From Vairimorpha necatrix (taxonomy: Eukaryota), in contig CP142728.1 of assembly GCA_036630325.1 (NCBI GenBank), positions 1,054,001-1,118,000 on the forward strand: 64,000 bases of DNA, given 5' to 3'. Every line of letters begins with the position of its first letter. The stretch's first letter is position 1. The translations under genes were made by a program, and so were the position numbers. Below the pieces are notes generated by a model, which did not search any database, was not told the origin of the DNA, and worked only from the letters and a program-made list of their open reading frames with translations. Shown here piece by piece: positions 36,156 through 48,853 of this stretch.

Positions 36156-39100
36156 GCCTTGAGATAAATTTTACTATTTGTTTTACTATAAATTTTAGTT
36201 GTTTACGATCTTTTTATATAATTTATACATTGAAAACTACATTTAATGTTTTATTCATGAAAATTGTATGTTTTTGAATTAAGAAAGTTATCTGTTTAAA
36301 AAGATATCACTAAGCCCGTTTTTTTTAATATAATTTATTTTATAATATATATATATATATATATATGATGTGCGTTATTTTAAAGAATAAAGTGTAAAAA
36401 TGCAAATACCAACGTACTAGAAATATAATATTCAAATGACCTTCGTAGACTATTTATTGAACGGGCGTCTAAATGTAATCTTTACACAGCTATGGGTACC
36501 TAATTAACTAAAATGAATTTTTGTGAACTCAAATTTAGGTATTTTTTCTAAAACTTTATATTTGAGCACAGCATCATAATTTTATTTTTTTAATTTATTT
36601 TTCCAAGATAATCAATACTTGAGTTAAGAGTTTTTAATGTAATAAAAAAATTACTCTAGTTTCTATATAAATGTCCCTTTTAATTTATTTTTATTGTTTA
36701 TAAAAATTCTTATAAATTGAAGTTTAATTAAATTCTAAGAATCTTCTAAGCTGATCTATAAAAATCAAACCATAAAAATAGAGCTAATTAAGCATTATGA
36801 AAAGAAATAATGGAATACAATGTACCCTTAAATTTGTAATTTTTTTTATGTATATGCATATAAATAAATAGCTTAATGAGTTATCCGTTAGAGCTCTTTG
36901 TTATAATCTTAATGCGCTTATAAAATTAAAAAAATCTTAACCCAATTTGACAAAAATCTACCTTTAATTAAAAAAATCTTGTATTTTGTTTATGTTCATG
37001 ATGTAAGTGGGCGTTAGTAAAGTGTTACTACAAAAATAAGAACTTTTTGTATATAACCTTGTTAATAATACACTTTTAATCTTCAAATCTATAGTTAGAT
37101 TGAACATACAATATGTTTATGTAAAATTTCTTCACGAATTCTTCCGGTCGCGCGCCGGGCGCGCGACAATTAATACCCAAAAATTAATTTATTTCGATTA
37201 TTAATATAGATATATCATGGGTTTATCAAAAATTTTGTTAAAGTAAATTTTACTATTTAAACAAGTTTTTCGTCTATTAATAGATTTCATCTGCGTATAT
37301 TCGATAATTCTCTGATGATGGTACATATACCATATAACATCAAATTGTATTTGTCATAAATCATCTGGCCCCGTCATAATTAAAAATAAACACAACAAAA
37401 TTCTTGTAAAAAATTTTACTGAAAAAAATTATAATGAATCATTACAAATAATTCTGAACCACATATAACATAATGAGTTTTTCTAATAAAGTTAGCGATT
37501 TGAAATTAAGTTCTGATAAACACAAGTATTACAACTCTTTAATATACATTTTTAGTGTTAAACAACAATTTTTAATATGCGCATGAAAGACAAAAAAATG
37601 GAATCATGATGTTATAAAACTTCATTAATTATTTTCACAGCTTATTCTGATACTTTTTAAGCATAAAAATGTATGTTTAATACAAAAATACATATTTTTT
37701 TAGTTGAAACATGTTTAAGGTAATTTTTTTCTCAATTTAGTCCATTTTTATATTTAATTATTTGTTACCATATTTAAAAATAGTATTATTTTTGAGTTAT
37801 AAATTTTATTGTTAGGTAGGGGCATCAACCTATAAGTACAAAGTAGTCTTATTTTTTGTTGTATAAAGTTTAATTGTATATCATTTTAATGTACTTTTTA
37901 CATGTGTAATATCATATCACTTGAATTCAAATGTTTATATTTAACTGTAAATAAACATAAAGCCCATTCACAAAAATTTTATTCAATTTTCTTCGTATGT
38001 TTAAATTTTTTTTTGCATTCATATTTTTTACGGAAAATGTTTGTTCAAGCGATCAATATTAAAATTCTTCGGATCTTTATTTGAAAGACATGTAAGATTA
38101 AGGCTTTTATATCTAACTTCGATAAATTCAATTGTAAATTTTTGATAGATCTGACTTTAAATTTAAATTTTTGAACTTTGACATAAAATTGCATATAAAT
38201 TTGTTCTAATATATTTGTTTTTTCACGAAAGTTTAGATTTTATTGTTTTACTGCCTTAAAAAATGATTTTTTTAACTTCATAACAAAAAAATTAAACTTC
38301 ACAAATAAAACGATTAAAATGCAGAAATACTGCTCAATTAGTTTTTGTTACAAGAATATGTTATTTTTTTTAACATATGACACATATAATTTTTATTCTA
38401 ATTGTTATTTATTTATTTTTTTCTTTCAAGGGTTCGCTAAAAAATAAAACTAAACAAAAAACTACACAATGTTATATTGATTTCCCGTTCTCAAATTATT
38501 TTATAAATTTTATTGTGTATTAAAGTTCTTGAGAAACAATTTGTGCTTCTATAAAAATTAAGACTTTAATTTCTTTTAGAGTTTCTATTCAATAAGAGAT
38601 GACTTAACAACATTTTGATGGATATTTGTAGATTTTAAAACTTTTCACTTAATTTTATTTGATCAACATGATATTAAATATTTTTTATATATGAGCTTAC
38701 ACACTTAGTTTTATACATTAATCTGTTTTTTTGCCTTGGATAGAAATTGATATAGAATATTATAAAAGAAACACATGGTTTCTTGGAGACTGTATAAAAT
38801 TTAACCTATGCAATTTCCTCAAGAAATTTCCCTGGAAAAAATAAAAAATTATTATTCTTTATTGAAATTGGGATGTTACAATAAATCAGATGAAATTTTA
38901 TTCAGTGTTCTTTGATTTTATAAATTGAACGAGGTTTATAAAAAATGCAAAATTTTTATTATTTTTTAAAAAAATATAGCAAAAATAAAAAAACAGTACA
39001 AATGATTAGCAAACACTTTCACATCCGTAAAATGAAAATCATCTTATAGTAGAAACCCCTTAGATAATAAACTAAATGTTCATTTAAACTTGTATTTCTT

Positions 39101-39471
39101 ATTGACGATGTTTTTTTTGAGACAAAACCAAAAATATACATTTTCCCTTAAAAATTAGTAAAATGATTATGGCAAGTAAAGCCCTTTAAAGATAAAAATT
39201 AACAATTTGCTGCTTTTTTCTAGTATACTCTCTTATATGGGACTTTCTTGTTAAATTATCAAAATTTGAGTTTATTTATTTGACATATGAATGAAACAAT
39301 AAACATTTTTTTTTACTAATGAAATTGTAAAATATTAATATTTTACAGACTCATAAAAAGCTAATGATTAAATCGGCAATTTATTTCTTTAAATTAAGTT
39401 TTTTTGCATATTTAAAAAATTATACATGTCATCTCAAATTTTTTACAAAAAAAAATTCTACTTGCCCCAAA

Positions 39472-40953
39472 ATGACAACTCAAAACATAAAAAAAATACA
39501 GAAAGAAAACTTTATGAACAAAGAATTTTCTAAAAAAACTAGCAATGAGAATATGACTACAAAACATACAATTGTAGAGTATTCACAGCCCAATTACTCT
39601 GATAATGGGTTTGCGATTCCACCAAAAAAACTTATTGAATCCCTTTGTTGTTGTAAAAAATGCGGATGTGGTCCAGACGTTGATTTAATCAGAATATTTC
39701 TATTATCAGCGTATTCAAATAATTATTTGATGTTTGAGAATTATAAGAAATCACAACTAGAGCTTAAAAGAAATTTAAAATTAGAAGAGAATAAATTAAA
39801 AAAAGAAAACGAAAAGACTAACGAGATAGTAGAAGATTTAAAAAACATACAAATCGAGGAGACGAAAGAAATAATAGAAGAAGTGAATCTAATAATAAAG
39901 GAGGCGAAAGAGAGGGGAAATACAATTAAAAATGAAAAAAAAGAAGTAAAAATCGAAAATGAAATAACCTATGAAATAGAAATGAAAGTAGAAGATAAAA
40001 TAGAAATAAAAATGGAAAATAAGGTTGAAGAAACGATAGAAGAAAAGAAAAATGAAGAAACAGAAATAAAAGAAATCGAAAATGCATTTGAAGAGACGAA
40101 ACCAGTCTATTTAGAGGATTTTGGAACTGAAAAAGAGGAATTAGATGAAATTTTAGAGAAAGAAACATTGAAAGGAGAAATTGCTGTTGAAAAATTAGTA
40201 AAAGGAGAAAGTGCAGATGAAAAGCTAGTAAAAGGAGAAATTGCAGATGAAAAAATCTTGAAAGAACAAGTTGTAGATGAAAAAATCTTGAAAGAACAAA
40301 TTGTAGAGGAAAAAATAATGAAAGAAGAAATTGTAGATGAAAAAATGGTAAAAGGGGAAATTATAGATGAAAAAACAATGAAAGAAGAAATTGTAGAGCA
40401 AGAATTGGCGCAAGAAGTATTTGTAGAGCAAGAATCAGAAGACGACGAAACGATTCCGTCTAGGCAAATCATAAGGAAAAGTGCTTATAATAGCCTCGTC
40501 AGTCAAAATCTAATAAACATGATTCCATTGATAAATAAAAATCAAAGGAATAGAAAAAATTTAAAACAAAATGTTGATTTCATATATGACGAGAGTAAAA
40601 AGAGGAGGAAAAGTTCTTTCAGATATTATGACGCGTCTTTTAATAATAGCTCTTCTATGTATCCATCGACCAATGAATTCGAACTCAACAGTAGTGCAAG
40701 AAAAAATTCAAAATTTCACAAATGCAATTTTTGTGAAACAGAATTTTTTAGTAAGGTTAAACACAATCAACACGTAAAAACACAACATCCCGATGAGCTT
40801 CCTTCGATTATTAAGCCTTTTTGTTGTCCCTTTGAAAATTGTCAAAATAGCTATAAAAATAAAAATGGGATTGAATACCATTTGATTCATAAGCATTCTA
40901 TTGTAGGTAAAAATCTACAAAAGATGGTTGCTAAGATCACCAACGAAGAGTAA
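39472..40953 (+). CDS. C2H2 zinc-finger protein (Sfp1-like C-terminal finger) with acidic repeat region
   Basis: CNFC..HNQHVKTQH and KPFCCPFENCQNSYKNKNGIEYHLIHKH. ATG after CCCCAAA at 39472. Confidence 0.8.
   Translation: MTTQNIKKIQKENFMNKEFSKKTSNENMTTKHTIVEYSQPNYSDNGFAIPPKKLIESLCCCKKCGCGPDVDLIRIFLLSAYSNNYLMFENYKKSQLELKRNLKLEENKLKKENEKTNEIVEDLKNIQIEETKEIIEEVNLIIKEAKERGNTIKNEKKEVKIENEITYEIEMKVEDKIEIKMENKVEETIEEKKNEETEIKEIENAFEETKPVYLEDFGTEKEELDEILEKETLKGEIAVEKLVKGESADEKLVKGEIADEKILKEQVVDEKILKEQIVEEKIMKEEIVDEKMVKGEIIDEKTMKEEIVEQELAQEVFVEQESEDDETIPSRQIIRKSAYNSLVSQNLINMIPLINKNQRNRKNLKQNVDFIYDESKKRRKSSFRYYDASFNNSSSMYPSTNEFELNSSARKNSKFHKCNFCETEFFSKVKHNQHVKTQHPDELPSIIKPFCCPFENCQNSYKNKNGIEYHLIHKHSIVGKNLQKMVAKITNEE
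40171..40400 (+). repeat. Coding 30-bp tandem repeat (~8 units, K[G/E][E/Q]I[A/V]DEKxx)
   Basis: Visible 30-nt periodicity AAAGxAxAAATTGxAGATGAAAAA. Confidence 0.85.
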
Positions 40954-43236
40954 TTAAATTTGTTATACATGTATCTTAAATTAGTCTATTCTAATTTTTA
41001 ATATAAAATACTTAGTTTTTTTTTCTACAAGTAAGAAGCTTTCATGTGTTCTAATTTTTAATTTTGTTGACATTATCACTGTACCATTTCTGAGTATATC
41101 TCAATAATAAAAATTTTAAATACTATAAACTTGGGGTTGTTTCTGATTTTGTTTACATATAAACAAATTATGTATTCATATTGGGTTGCATTTTGAGTTA
41201 CTGTCAAAAATTTATCAATTTTTATCACAACTATGAAATCCAAAAATTATTTACTGAATGGAAATAATTAAAATCTTAAATAAGTTTTGATATAAAAATT
41301 ATTACTGTAGTGGTATCATCAAATGAAGTGATCAAAAAATCACGTATTAAAAATTATCAAAATATATTGTGAGTCAGAAATGGCGTTGGAATAGAAATTG
41401 TCGCGAAATATTTGATGGTTTGTTTAACAAAAGGTCCTAAAGCTGCGGGGAGATGTTGTAAAAATACTAGAGCTGTTTTGGTGCGAACCCCTCTAGAGCC
41501 GCAGATCCCTGTACATTATATTTCGAATTTTACTAAAATTATATCAGAAATCTTCCCTTAAAGACGTGAATCAATTGGTATATTTTTTTTTCAGAAGAAA
41601 AAACGAGATCACTTATGCAATCAATGGGCACAATTTTAAATGAACTCATGGCCTAATTCAAAATACCTACAAAGATAAATGCTGTGAAACCTTTGCATAA
41701 AAAAGACGTTGCTAGTTGGTTCATGTCCTTATAATTTACAGCTTTGGATATCAAACAATATAAGTTTTTTTTGAAAGCTGATTTATAATGGCTATACAAA
41801 TCTAGATTGACTGTAGTGGCAAAGAAGATTTAAATGTAATGTGTCTCAATATTTGGTGACTACAAGTCGTAATTCATTTAATATGAACTGATCAAAGTCA
41901 AATATTTTTTTTTACATTTTGAATTTTATAAAACTTTGCAAATTGTGTAAAACTCATATTAAACTTTTTTTAAATTAAAGCAACTAAGAAAAATCATACT
42001 ACTGATACTTATCTCATTAATTAAATTTTATATTTATTTTAAGACAAAATGTTGATTTATGTTTTTTTAAAAATAAATAAACCGTTTTTATGTGTCGAAA
42101 CTTATTTAAACACATGTTTGTCTTAGATATTCTTTACACGGTTTATTTTTCAGTATCTGGGGGATTTCTAAAAAAAATAAATACAAGTCGATTTTTATAA
42201 GAAACATATTAAATTTTATCTATCGAATAAATTTGATTATAAAATTAAATCCTATCCCATACTTTTTCCTTAAATATATTATTGTAAAAAAATATATTTG
42301 GAAGACTACATAAAAATATTGGAAAGGTTTTTTTACAATATTAAACCTAAACATTTTTCATATACCTTATAGAGAGTTGGCTGTCTGGTCTATATATCTT
42401 TCCTTGTTGTTTATATCGTTTTTTAGATTTTCTGCATGGCTTATGTCTAAACAGAACCAATTGACATTGACTATTTGTAGTTTTAATGACTATTCCTTCG
42501 TGCTTTTTGAACCCTTTAACGATTTCAATTTTTTTTAAATGTTTTTTCCTTAGGTTATATTTTAATTAAAATTATATATAAAGCATGAAAAGCAATTAAA
42601 CGTACAGTTGATATATTTTTGTTAATTATAATAAAAATAATTAAATTTTAGCTTTCTCCTTCATGATTTTGTATGATTAAAATTTTTTATAAAAATAAAA
42701 TTTTAATTGCAATATAATGCTAAAATCATCATTAAAAATTCTAAAGAACATTATTTACAGTTCGTTTTACTTTTTTTTATTAAAAAAATATTAATAAAAA
42801 TGAAACTACCAATTAAAACATATAAAAGTGACAAAAAAAAAATTATTTTTAATGTTGATCAAATAAAGGAAAAGAATGTGAAAGATTAACTGTCTGAGAG
42901 CCAAAAAAACGTATAATTTATTTTTTTTTGCTATCAATACGTCTCTTAAAATAAAAAATAAACATAGAATGAAAAAAACATTTAGTTTTTTTGAGAAAAT
43001 TAAGTTAGTTACAATAGTCAATGCAAGTATGCATTATGCGGATCCTATCGCTGTTTATACAAGTTCAGCTACTATTTTATAAAATTTTGACAAAGAAGTT
43101 TTTTGCTTATATTTACATTTCTTATTGTATTTGCTTATAAACTTTATTTTTTTTGTAAAAAATTGTAAGCGTAATATTTTTAATATTGAAAAAAAAACAC
43201 ACTTTTTTTATTTTTATTTTGATAATTTTTTCCCCT

Positions 43237-44928
43237 ATGAAAACCAACTCAAAAGAAATCAATGTCATTCAACAAATACACAACCACGTTCATAACTTAA
43301 AAATCGATTTACCGTCAATTACTGTTGTAGGTCCACAATCATCTGGTAAATCTTCAGTTTTAGAATCTCTCATAAACAAAGATATTTTACCAAGAGGAAC
43401 TAATTTAGTAACGAGATGTCCACTAATAATTCATTTGAAAAAATGTCCTGATGAGGAATATGTCGAAATAAAAAATGAAAAAATTATTTTGAAAAACTCT
43501 AATAAAAATATTAGAAAAAAAATATTAAAATTAATGGATGAGATTTGTGGAACTGATAAAGAAATAACAAGTGATCCTATTATAATTAATATGTGGTTAA
43601 AAGATACTTTAGAATTTACTATTATTGACCTCCCTGGAATCACAAAAGTCGCTATTGGTAAACAATCAGCAGATATAGAAATTAAAATTCTTGATATGGT
43701 TCGGGAATACATTACTCCTAAAAATACAATTTTATTGGCAATTGTTAATTCAAATGTGGACATTTCTAATAGCGAAGCATTAAAAATATGCAAAGAAGTT
43801 GATCCAGAACTTAAAAGGACTATTGGTGTCCTTACAAAAATAGATCTAATGGACAAAGGTACTAATTGTATTGATATTTTAGAAAATAAAGTATTGCCTT
43901 TGCGTTTAGGATATGTTGGAGTAATTAACAGGTCTCAGGAAGACATAGCAAATGGTATAAATTTTTTATCTTGGAAAAAAAAGGAAAAAGATTTTTTTGA
44001 TAAAAGCGCGTATGCCAATTTAAAGAACATTGGATCACAATTTTTACTAGATGAAATATTTTCGCTGTACCAAACAAAAGTGAAAGAAATTTTCCCAAAT
44101 TTAATAGAAGAATTAAAAATTAAACTTAGATCAATACAAGGCGAATCTTTTATAGATACATATATACTTAGATATAAATATCATACAGTTCTTAGTAAAC
44201 TAATTACTAATAATGATATTAATAATGATCTTTTTGCTTATAATGATTCTAATATAATATTAGATTTAAAAAATTTTAAAAATTTTAAATTGACTTATGA
44301 TTTTTCATTAGTAAAAACTATGGTGTCTAAAGATCTCAGTATTTTTATTAATGATAATTTATTAATATCAATTATTAAACATAATATGAATATAGCAAAA
44401 AAAAGAATTTTAGAATTACAAAATCAATATAAAAAAATTTTAAACCATAAAATCCAGCAAATTGTCAGTAATAAATTCCCTGATGTCTGTAAAGCTTTTA
44501 ATGATAGTATTATGAAAGAAATAGACAGTTGGGATGTAGAAAAGAAGATATTAGAATACATTGATGTGATGAGTAATGTGATAGGCGACACAGATATAAT
44601 TTTTAAAAATGCTATTACTACTAATTTTCTTGGCACACATCTTTGTATTCCTGGAGGAAGTAAAGAAGATATTTTAAAAAATTTTAGTACAATTTATCTC
44701 GATAAACAAATTTGTAACATCATTGAATATGTTATAAAACTTAATTTTTTTAATATTTCTGAGTTGATTGAAAAAAGAGCTATGATTTGTATTAGTAAAG
44801 CGAATATTGAAGAATGTAAAGATCTTATAAATTATATGAGGAATATTGCAAATCGTACTAAAGATTCTAATGATATTTTAAAAGCTTTAAATGTCTTGAA
44901 AGAATACGAAAAAAATAATTTTAAATAA
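43237..44928 (+). CDS. Dynamin-related GTPase (Vps1/Dnm1-like)
   Basis: VVGPQSSGKSSVLE, LPRG..VTRCPL, DLPG, TKID, VINRSQ. ATG after CCCCT. Confidence 0.93.
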   Translation: MKTNSKEINVIQQIHNHVHNLKIDLPSITVVGPQSSGKSSVLESLINKDILPRGTNLVTRCPLIIHLKKCPDEEYVEIKNEKIILKNSNKNIRKKILKLMDEICGTDKEITSDPIIINMWLKDTLEFTIIDLPGITKVAIGKQSADIEIKILDMVREYITPKNTILLAIVNSNVDISNSEALKICKEVDPELKRTIGVLTKIDLMDKGTNCIDILENKVLPLRLGYVGVINRSQEDIANGINFLSWKKKEKDFFDKSAYANLKNIGSQFLLDEIFSLYQTKVKEIFPNLIEELKIKLRSIQGESFIDTYILRYKYHTVLSKLITNNDINNDLFAYNDSNIILDLKNFKNFKLTYDFSLVKTMVSKDLSIFINDNLLISIIKHNMNIAKKRILELQNQYKKILNHKIQQIVSNKFPDVCKAFNDSIMKEIDSWDVEKKILEYIDVMSNVIGDTDIIFKNAITTNFLGTHLCIPGGSKEDILKNFSTIYLDKQICNIIEYVIKLNFFNISELIEKRAMICISKANIEECKDLINYMRNIANRTKDSNDILKALNVLKEYEKNNFK

Positions 44929-45094
44929 AAATGCTTACTTTTTCATTGTTAAATGCCTCTCTAAATATAATGTTGAGTATTTAAGCGTTTTTTGTTTAAA
45001 AAATACTATGATTTTTTTTTAAATAGCTAATTACTGATATGTAAAAGAGTAAGTATTTTTAACCTTATAATTCGTTTGCAATTTTTTAAAAATT

Positions 45095-45622
45095 TTACCG
45101 AGTAAAATTAAATTTCGTTTTACATCTTTTACATACAGGTATAAATTTACAATAAACTCCCAAACACACTGGACACGTAAGCCCCACTAATACATCTTGA
45201 TTATGACACACACATTTTATATTAAATGACATTACACTCTGACTTTGTTTATTTCCCAACAAATTTATCAATCCTTTAAGCGTATTAGTAATATACAATC
45301 CTTTTGTTATTATACTACATTGTCTTAATATAGGATTATTAGTAGTACTAAGACAATCAATTCGTATATCGTATCTTTTTGCTGTAAAAGCGCAATTTAA
45401 TAATTTAAAATAGTCTTGTTCATGTATTTTATTTTCAGTACATATTAGAATTCTAGATTTGACTTTGCTTTTACATAAGACATAACCAATATTAATTACT
45501 ATGTTGTCAGAATAATCTACTTCAGTTATTTTATTTTCTATATTTGAAAGATTAAAAATGTTTTTGAATGTTGAAATGTTTTTTGTGTCTTTTTTTATAT
45601 CTGAGACGATAAATAAATCCAT
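45095..45622 (-). CDS. TFB4: TFIIH subunit Tfb4/p34, reduced
   Basis: LLNCAFTAKR..IDC..ILRQCS..TKGLY and C-terminal CVCH..CPVCLGVYC..CKRC. Confidence 0.88.
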   Translation of the reverse strand: MDLFIVSDIKKDTKNISTFKNIFNLSNIENKITEVDYSDNIVINIGYVLCKSKVKSRILICTENKIHEQDYFKLLNCAFTAKRYDIRIDCLSTTNNPILRQCSIITKGLYITNTLKGLINLLGNKQSQSVMSFNIKCVCHNQDVLVGLTCPVCLGVYCKFIPVCKRCKTKFNFTR

Positions 45623-46186
45623 GGGGTTATAAAAAAAAACCAAAAAATCTATTTTTTTAAAAAATAGGAAACAGAGTTAGATTTATTCCTATTAATTTAT
45701 CTATAGTTTTTACAATTAACTCTCTACATAATAATTACCATTTTAATATTGTATTAAATGATTTTCTTTAATGTACACGCAGCAATGAATAGAATTTTAA
45801 GTAATATCCAACTATTTAAGACATTATATTTCAATATATGCTAGAAAGAGGCTTATATTATGTTGAAGGAGTTAACGAGCATAAGGGGTTTATTTAATAA
45901 TTATTATAAGGACACCAACATATTATTTTTACATATTTTAAAATTAGAATTTTATTCTAAAAATTTTAGCATTTCAAATTTATTGAAAAAAACTAATTGG
46001 AAAAAAGATACAAATTTGATAAGAGTTATAATAGTACAATTACATGTGTAAAAATGTCACTGATGCATCGATATCATTCTTCGGCTGATAACTAAAAATT
46101 AAAGGCCTTAAATGTGTCAGCACCGCATTCAAATCTTATTTAGAATTGACATAAAATGTGACAGTAGACTTCTATTGTAAATGACC

Positions 46187-46702
46187 TTTTACAAGTAAAA
46201 AGATCCTCCACACACCAAGCTAACTATTTAGAAATGTGATCACAATCCAGGTTATTGAAGATGCAACATCAAACTTTTTAAAATGAACTTGCCAGAAATT
46301 GCAACCTTAGTATCCATCAGACCTCTGCCCAGAAAAATAAATGATCCACAGCAGATATGTCGACTAATAATAGTTTTAACACGAAATGTTTTTACTATCT
46401 TGTGTATTTCACACACAGCTCCTTACATCACCACCCGGCACTTTATTACTCTGCGTTGACCACCAGTTTCGGCCAAAGTGTCTAAGAATCCATTCATAGG
46501 GCAAACAGGCCTTCTTGCTCTACGCAATCTCTTAAATTAACATGATGAAAGAGCAAAGTGCACACTCATAAGGCCTTTCGATATGTGCATAGGCCTTTTT
46601 ATACATTAAGATGCTCTGGCTATACTATTTTCTGCCTTGGGGTCGTTATTTTACTAGACATAAATCCCCGTGGCTGGACACACACAAGTTTCATTGAATC
46701 AA
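46187..46702 (-). mobile_element. SINE copy D (old, highly diverged)
   Basis: Shared blocks GCTCCTTACA, CTGCGTTGACCACCAG, TTTCGGCCA, GCTGGACA..CAAGTTTCATTGAATCAA. Confidence 0.75.
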
Positions 46703-47384
46703 ATTAAAAATAACATAGACAGATTATACCATTCATAGAGTGCGATACCTTTTTAGTGTTTATCAAAATTAAGCCTGCCTTTTATGTGTCAGTACAATGC
46801 TTTCGATTTCTAAGCTACGTGCCTTATACATTTTTTAGACTTTATAATGCCATAAAAGCTTAGGCCTATACAATAATTATAGTAAACATGTAAGTAATGC
46901 TTAAGAATATCCTAAGGGAATAAAGGAATTTCTCCTATTATTTTTTTTTCGACCACATATAAATCAACTATAGCTTACTGCATTTATTGTCAAATTTTAC
47001 AGTTAAGTTTAAACAAGTTAGATCTTTTTAATGTACTGCATCATTGCCTTAAGATTAAAAAAAATATAAATCTTTTCAATAGTAACAAAAGTGTTTGCAT
47101 TGATACTTAATTAGATTTGTAACAAGAACTAAGTTAGTTGCAATCGAATGTATTTCAAAAAGACACTTAACTACACAACCCTAGTTGTTTTAATATGCTA
47201 AAATGCTCCATCTATAAGTTTATATTTGTAATATGCTTTTAAACCCCATACAAGTTTAAAGTTAATCCAAGGTATTTTATAGATATTAAATCCGTAAAAA
47301 TATTATTACATCTTTTTTCCATATTTTAAAATATGGAAAAAAGATGCAATTTTTTAATAAATAATTTTCTCGCCCCATTTTCTT

Positions 47385-47987
47385 ATGTCTTGTAAACATT
47401 CCTTAAGAATTGGCCTTTTGTGCTGCGACTGCGGCGAGGAGATCTCTGATGACACTAAATTGTACAATGTCTTACACAACAACCCAGACATCAAATTGTC
47501 AGAAGAAGAAGCATTCATTAGAAACAAAAAGACTATAGAAGATCTTCATCAATCTAAGAAATTAATCTTAGTACTAGACTTAGACCAGACAATATTGCAC
47601 ACTACCATTACTAAGGAATATATGGAAGGATACTATAATTTTATTATTAATGACATTTCTTATTGTGTAAAACTTCGTCCTTATTTAAATTACATGTTAG
47701 AATGTTTGTATAAAAAATATGAAATCCACGTCTACACGATGGGCAGCAAAGTTTATGCGAAAAAAATCGTGAAAATTATTGACCCCTCTAAAAAATATAT
47801 AGGAAATAGAATTTTGAGTAGAGATGAAAATGGACTGGGATTTAAGAAAGATCTAAATAGACTGTTTAGTATACATAGTAATGTAGTTATATTGGATGAT
47901 AGAGATGATATATGGGATTATAGTAGTAATTTGATACTAGTCAAGCCTTTTTTCTATTGGGATATTGGAGATATAAACAGTAACTGA
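47385..47987 (+). CDS. FCP1: Fcp1 CTD phosphatase, N-terminal/catalytic portion
   Basis: CKHS..LCCDCG, LVLDLDQT, VKLRP, YTMG, ILDDRDDIW, NLILVKPFFYWDIGDIN. Confidence 0.92.
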   Translation: MSCKHSLRIGLLCCDCGEEISDDTKLYNVLHNNPDIKLSEEEAFIRNKKTIEDLHQSKKLILVLDLDQTILHTTITKEYMEGYYNFIINDISYCVKLRPYLNYMLECLYKKYEIHVYTMGSKVYAKKIVKIIDPSKKYIGNRILSRDENGLGFKKDLNRLFSIHSNVVILDDRDDIWDYSSNLILVKPFFYWDIGDINSN

Positions 47988-48112
47988 CTAAAAAACAGTT
48001 AAGAAAGAAAAAACAAATTAATAAGTCATTTCTTATTATATAATCTATACATACAAATTTTCAAGTAATCTTAAAACATGATAAAAAATCAATAAAATTT
48101 TGATACCCCAAA

Positions 48113-48538
48113 ATGAATATAAAAAAATCAAAACAAAATAATGAAGATGAAGAACTTCTTCATCTTACAAAAATACTCTCACAAATCCATAAGGAATATT
48201 TCAGTATTCCAGAAAATAACATCATCGACATACTAAAAAACAAAAAGAAAATTTTTACTGGTCTAAATTTCTACATTTACAATTCTAAACTAAAAAAAAA
48301 AATAGAAGATTTTGATGGGGTAGTAGTCGAGACACTGGCAGAAGCTAATTATGTCATTATATCTAAAAATTTAGAACTAGATTTAACAAGTCTTAAAGCT
48401 GACCATTGTGTCGTAGTAGACGAGAATTATATCTTCGACTCTGTGTACAAATTAAGGAAAGTAAATGTAGAAAAATATGTTTTATACGATTTTAGTGGAG
48501 ACGATCAACTCATCAATGAAATATTTGATGATTTATAA
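48113..48538 (+). CDS. Fcp1 C-terminal portion (final FCPH helix + BRCT-like domain) as a separate ORF
   Basis: DEELLHLTKILSQIHKEYF..IIDIL..IFTG and VVDENYIFDSVY..VEKY. Has its own CCCCAAA-ATG. Confidence 0.75.
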   Translation: MNIKKSKQNNEDEELLHLTKILSQIHKEYFSIPENNIIDILKNKKKIFTGLNFYIYNSKLKKKIEDFDGVVVETLAEANYVIISKNLELDLTSLKADHCVVVDENYIFDSVYKLRKVNVEKYVLYDFSGDDQLINEIFDDL

Positions 48539-48586
48539 AAAAAAATAAATAAAAAAATTTTACCCTGTTTTTATTTTTTGGTTAAT

Positions 48587-48853
48587 ATGGAAATTACAAA
48601 TATTAAACATCCGAAATTGAAATTAAAAGGATATCGTATTAAATATCATTTTAAAAGTAAACCGAAATTTAGAATTCTTAATGCATTGGAACAATGCGTA
48701 GAGAAATATAATGAAGATTATATATATCTGGTTTTTAGATGTAAAAATGAAGAAAATGTAGGAATAAGAATAAGAAAATGCATCATTTTGGAAGAATTTA
48801 GTGTAGAAAAATATGAGGAACAAATATACCAACTAGACTTATTTTATATGTGA
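48587..48853 (+). CDS. Hypothetical protein (88 aa)
   Basis: ATG-started ORF with protein-like composition directly after the Fcp1-C ORF. Confidence 0.5.
   Translation: MEITNIKHPKLKLKGYRIKYHFKSKPKFRILNALEQCVEKYNEDYIYLVFRCKNEENVGIRIRKCIILEEFSVEKYEEQIYQLDLFYM

Larger units (their letters stand above)
34622..37168 (+). mobile_element. Ginger-type DNA transposon encoding a Gypsy-like integrase
   Basis: TGT..ACA termini with GC-rich TIRs (TGTCGCGCGCCC..GCGCGACCGGA), 5-bp TSD ATTAA (34617-34621, 37169-37173), integrase inside, no RT or LTR. Confidence 0.85.

Noticed and set aside
47980-47998. 19-nt mini-intron GTAACT..CAG removing the Fcp1 stop
   Set aside because: Splicing it still meets a TAA a few codons later and does not join the BRCT ORF.
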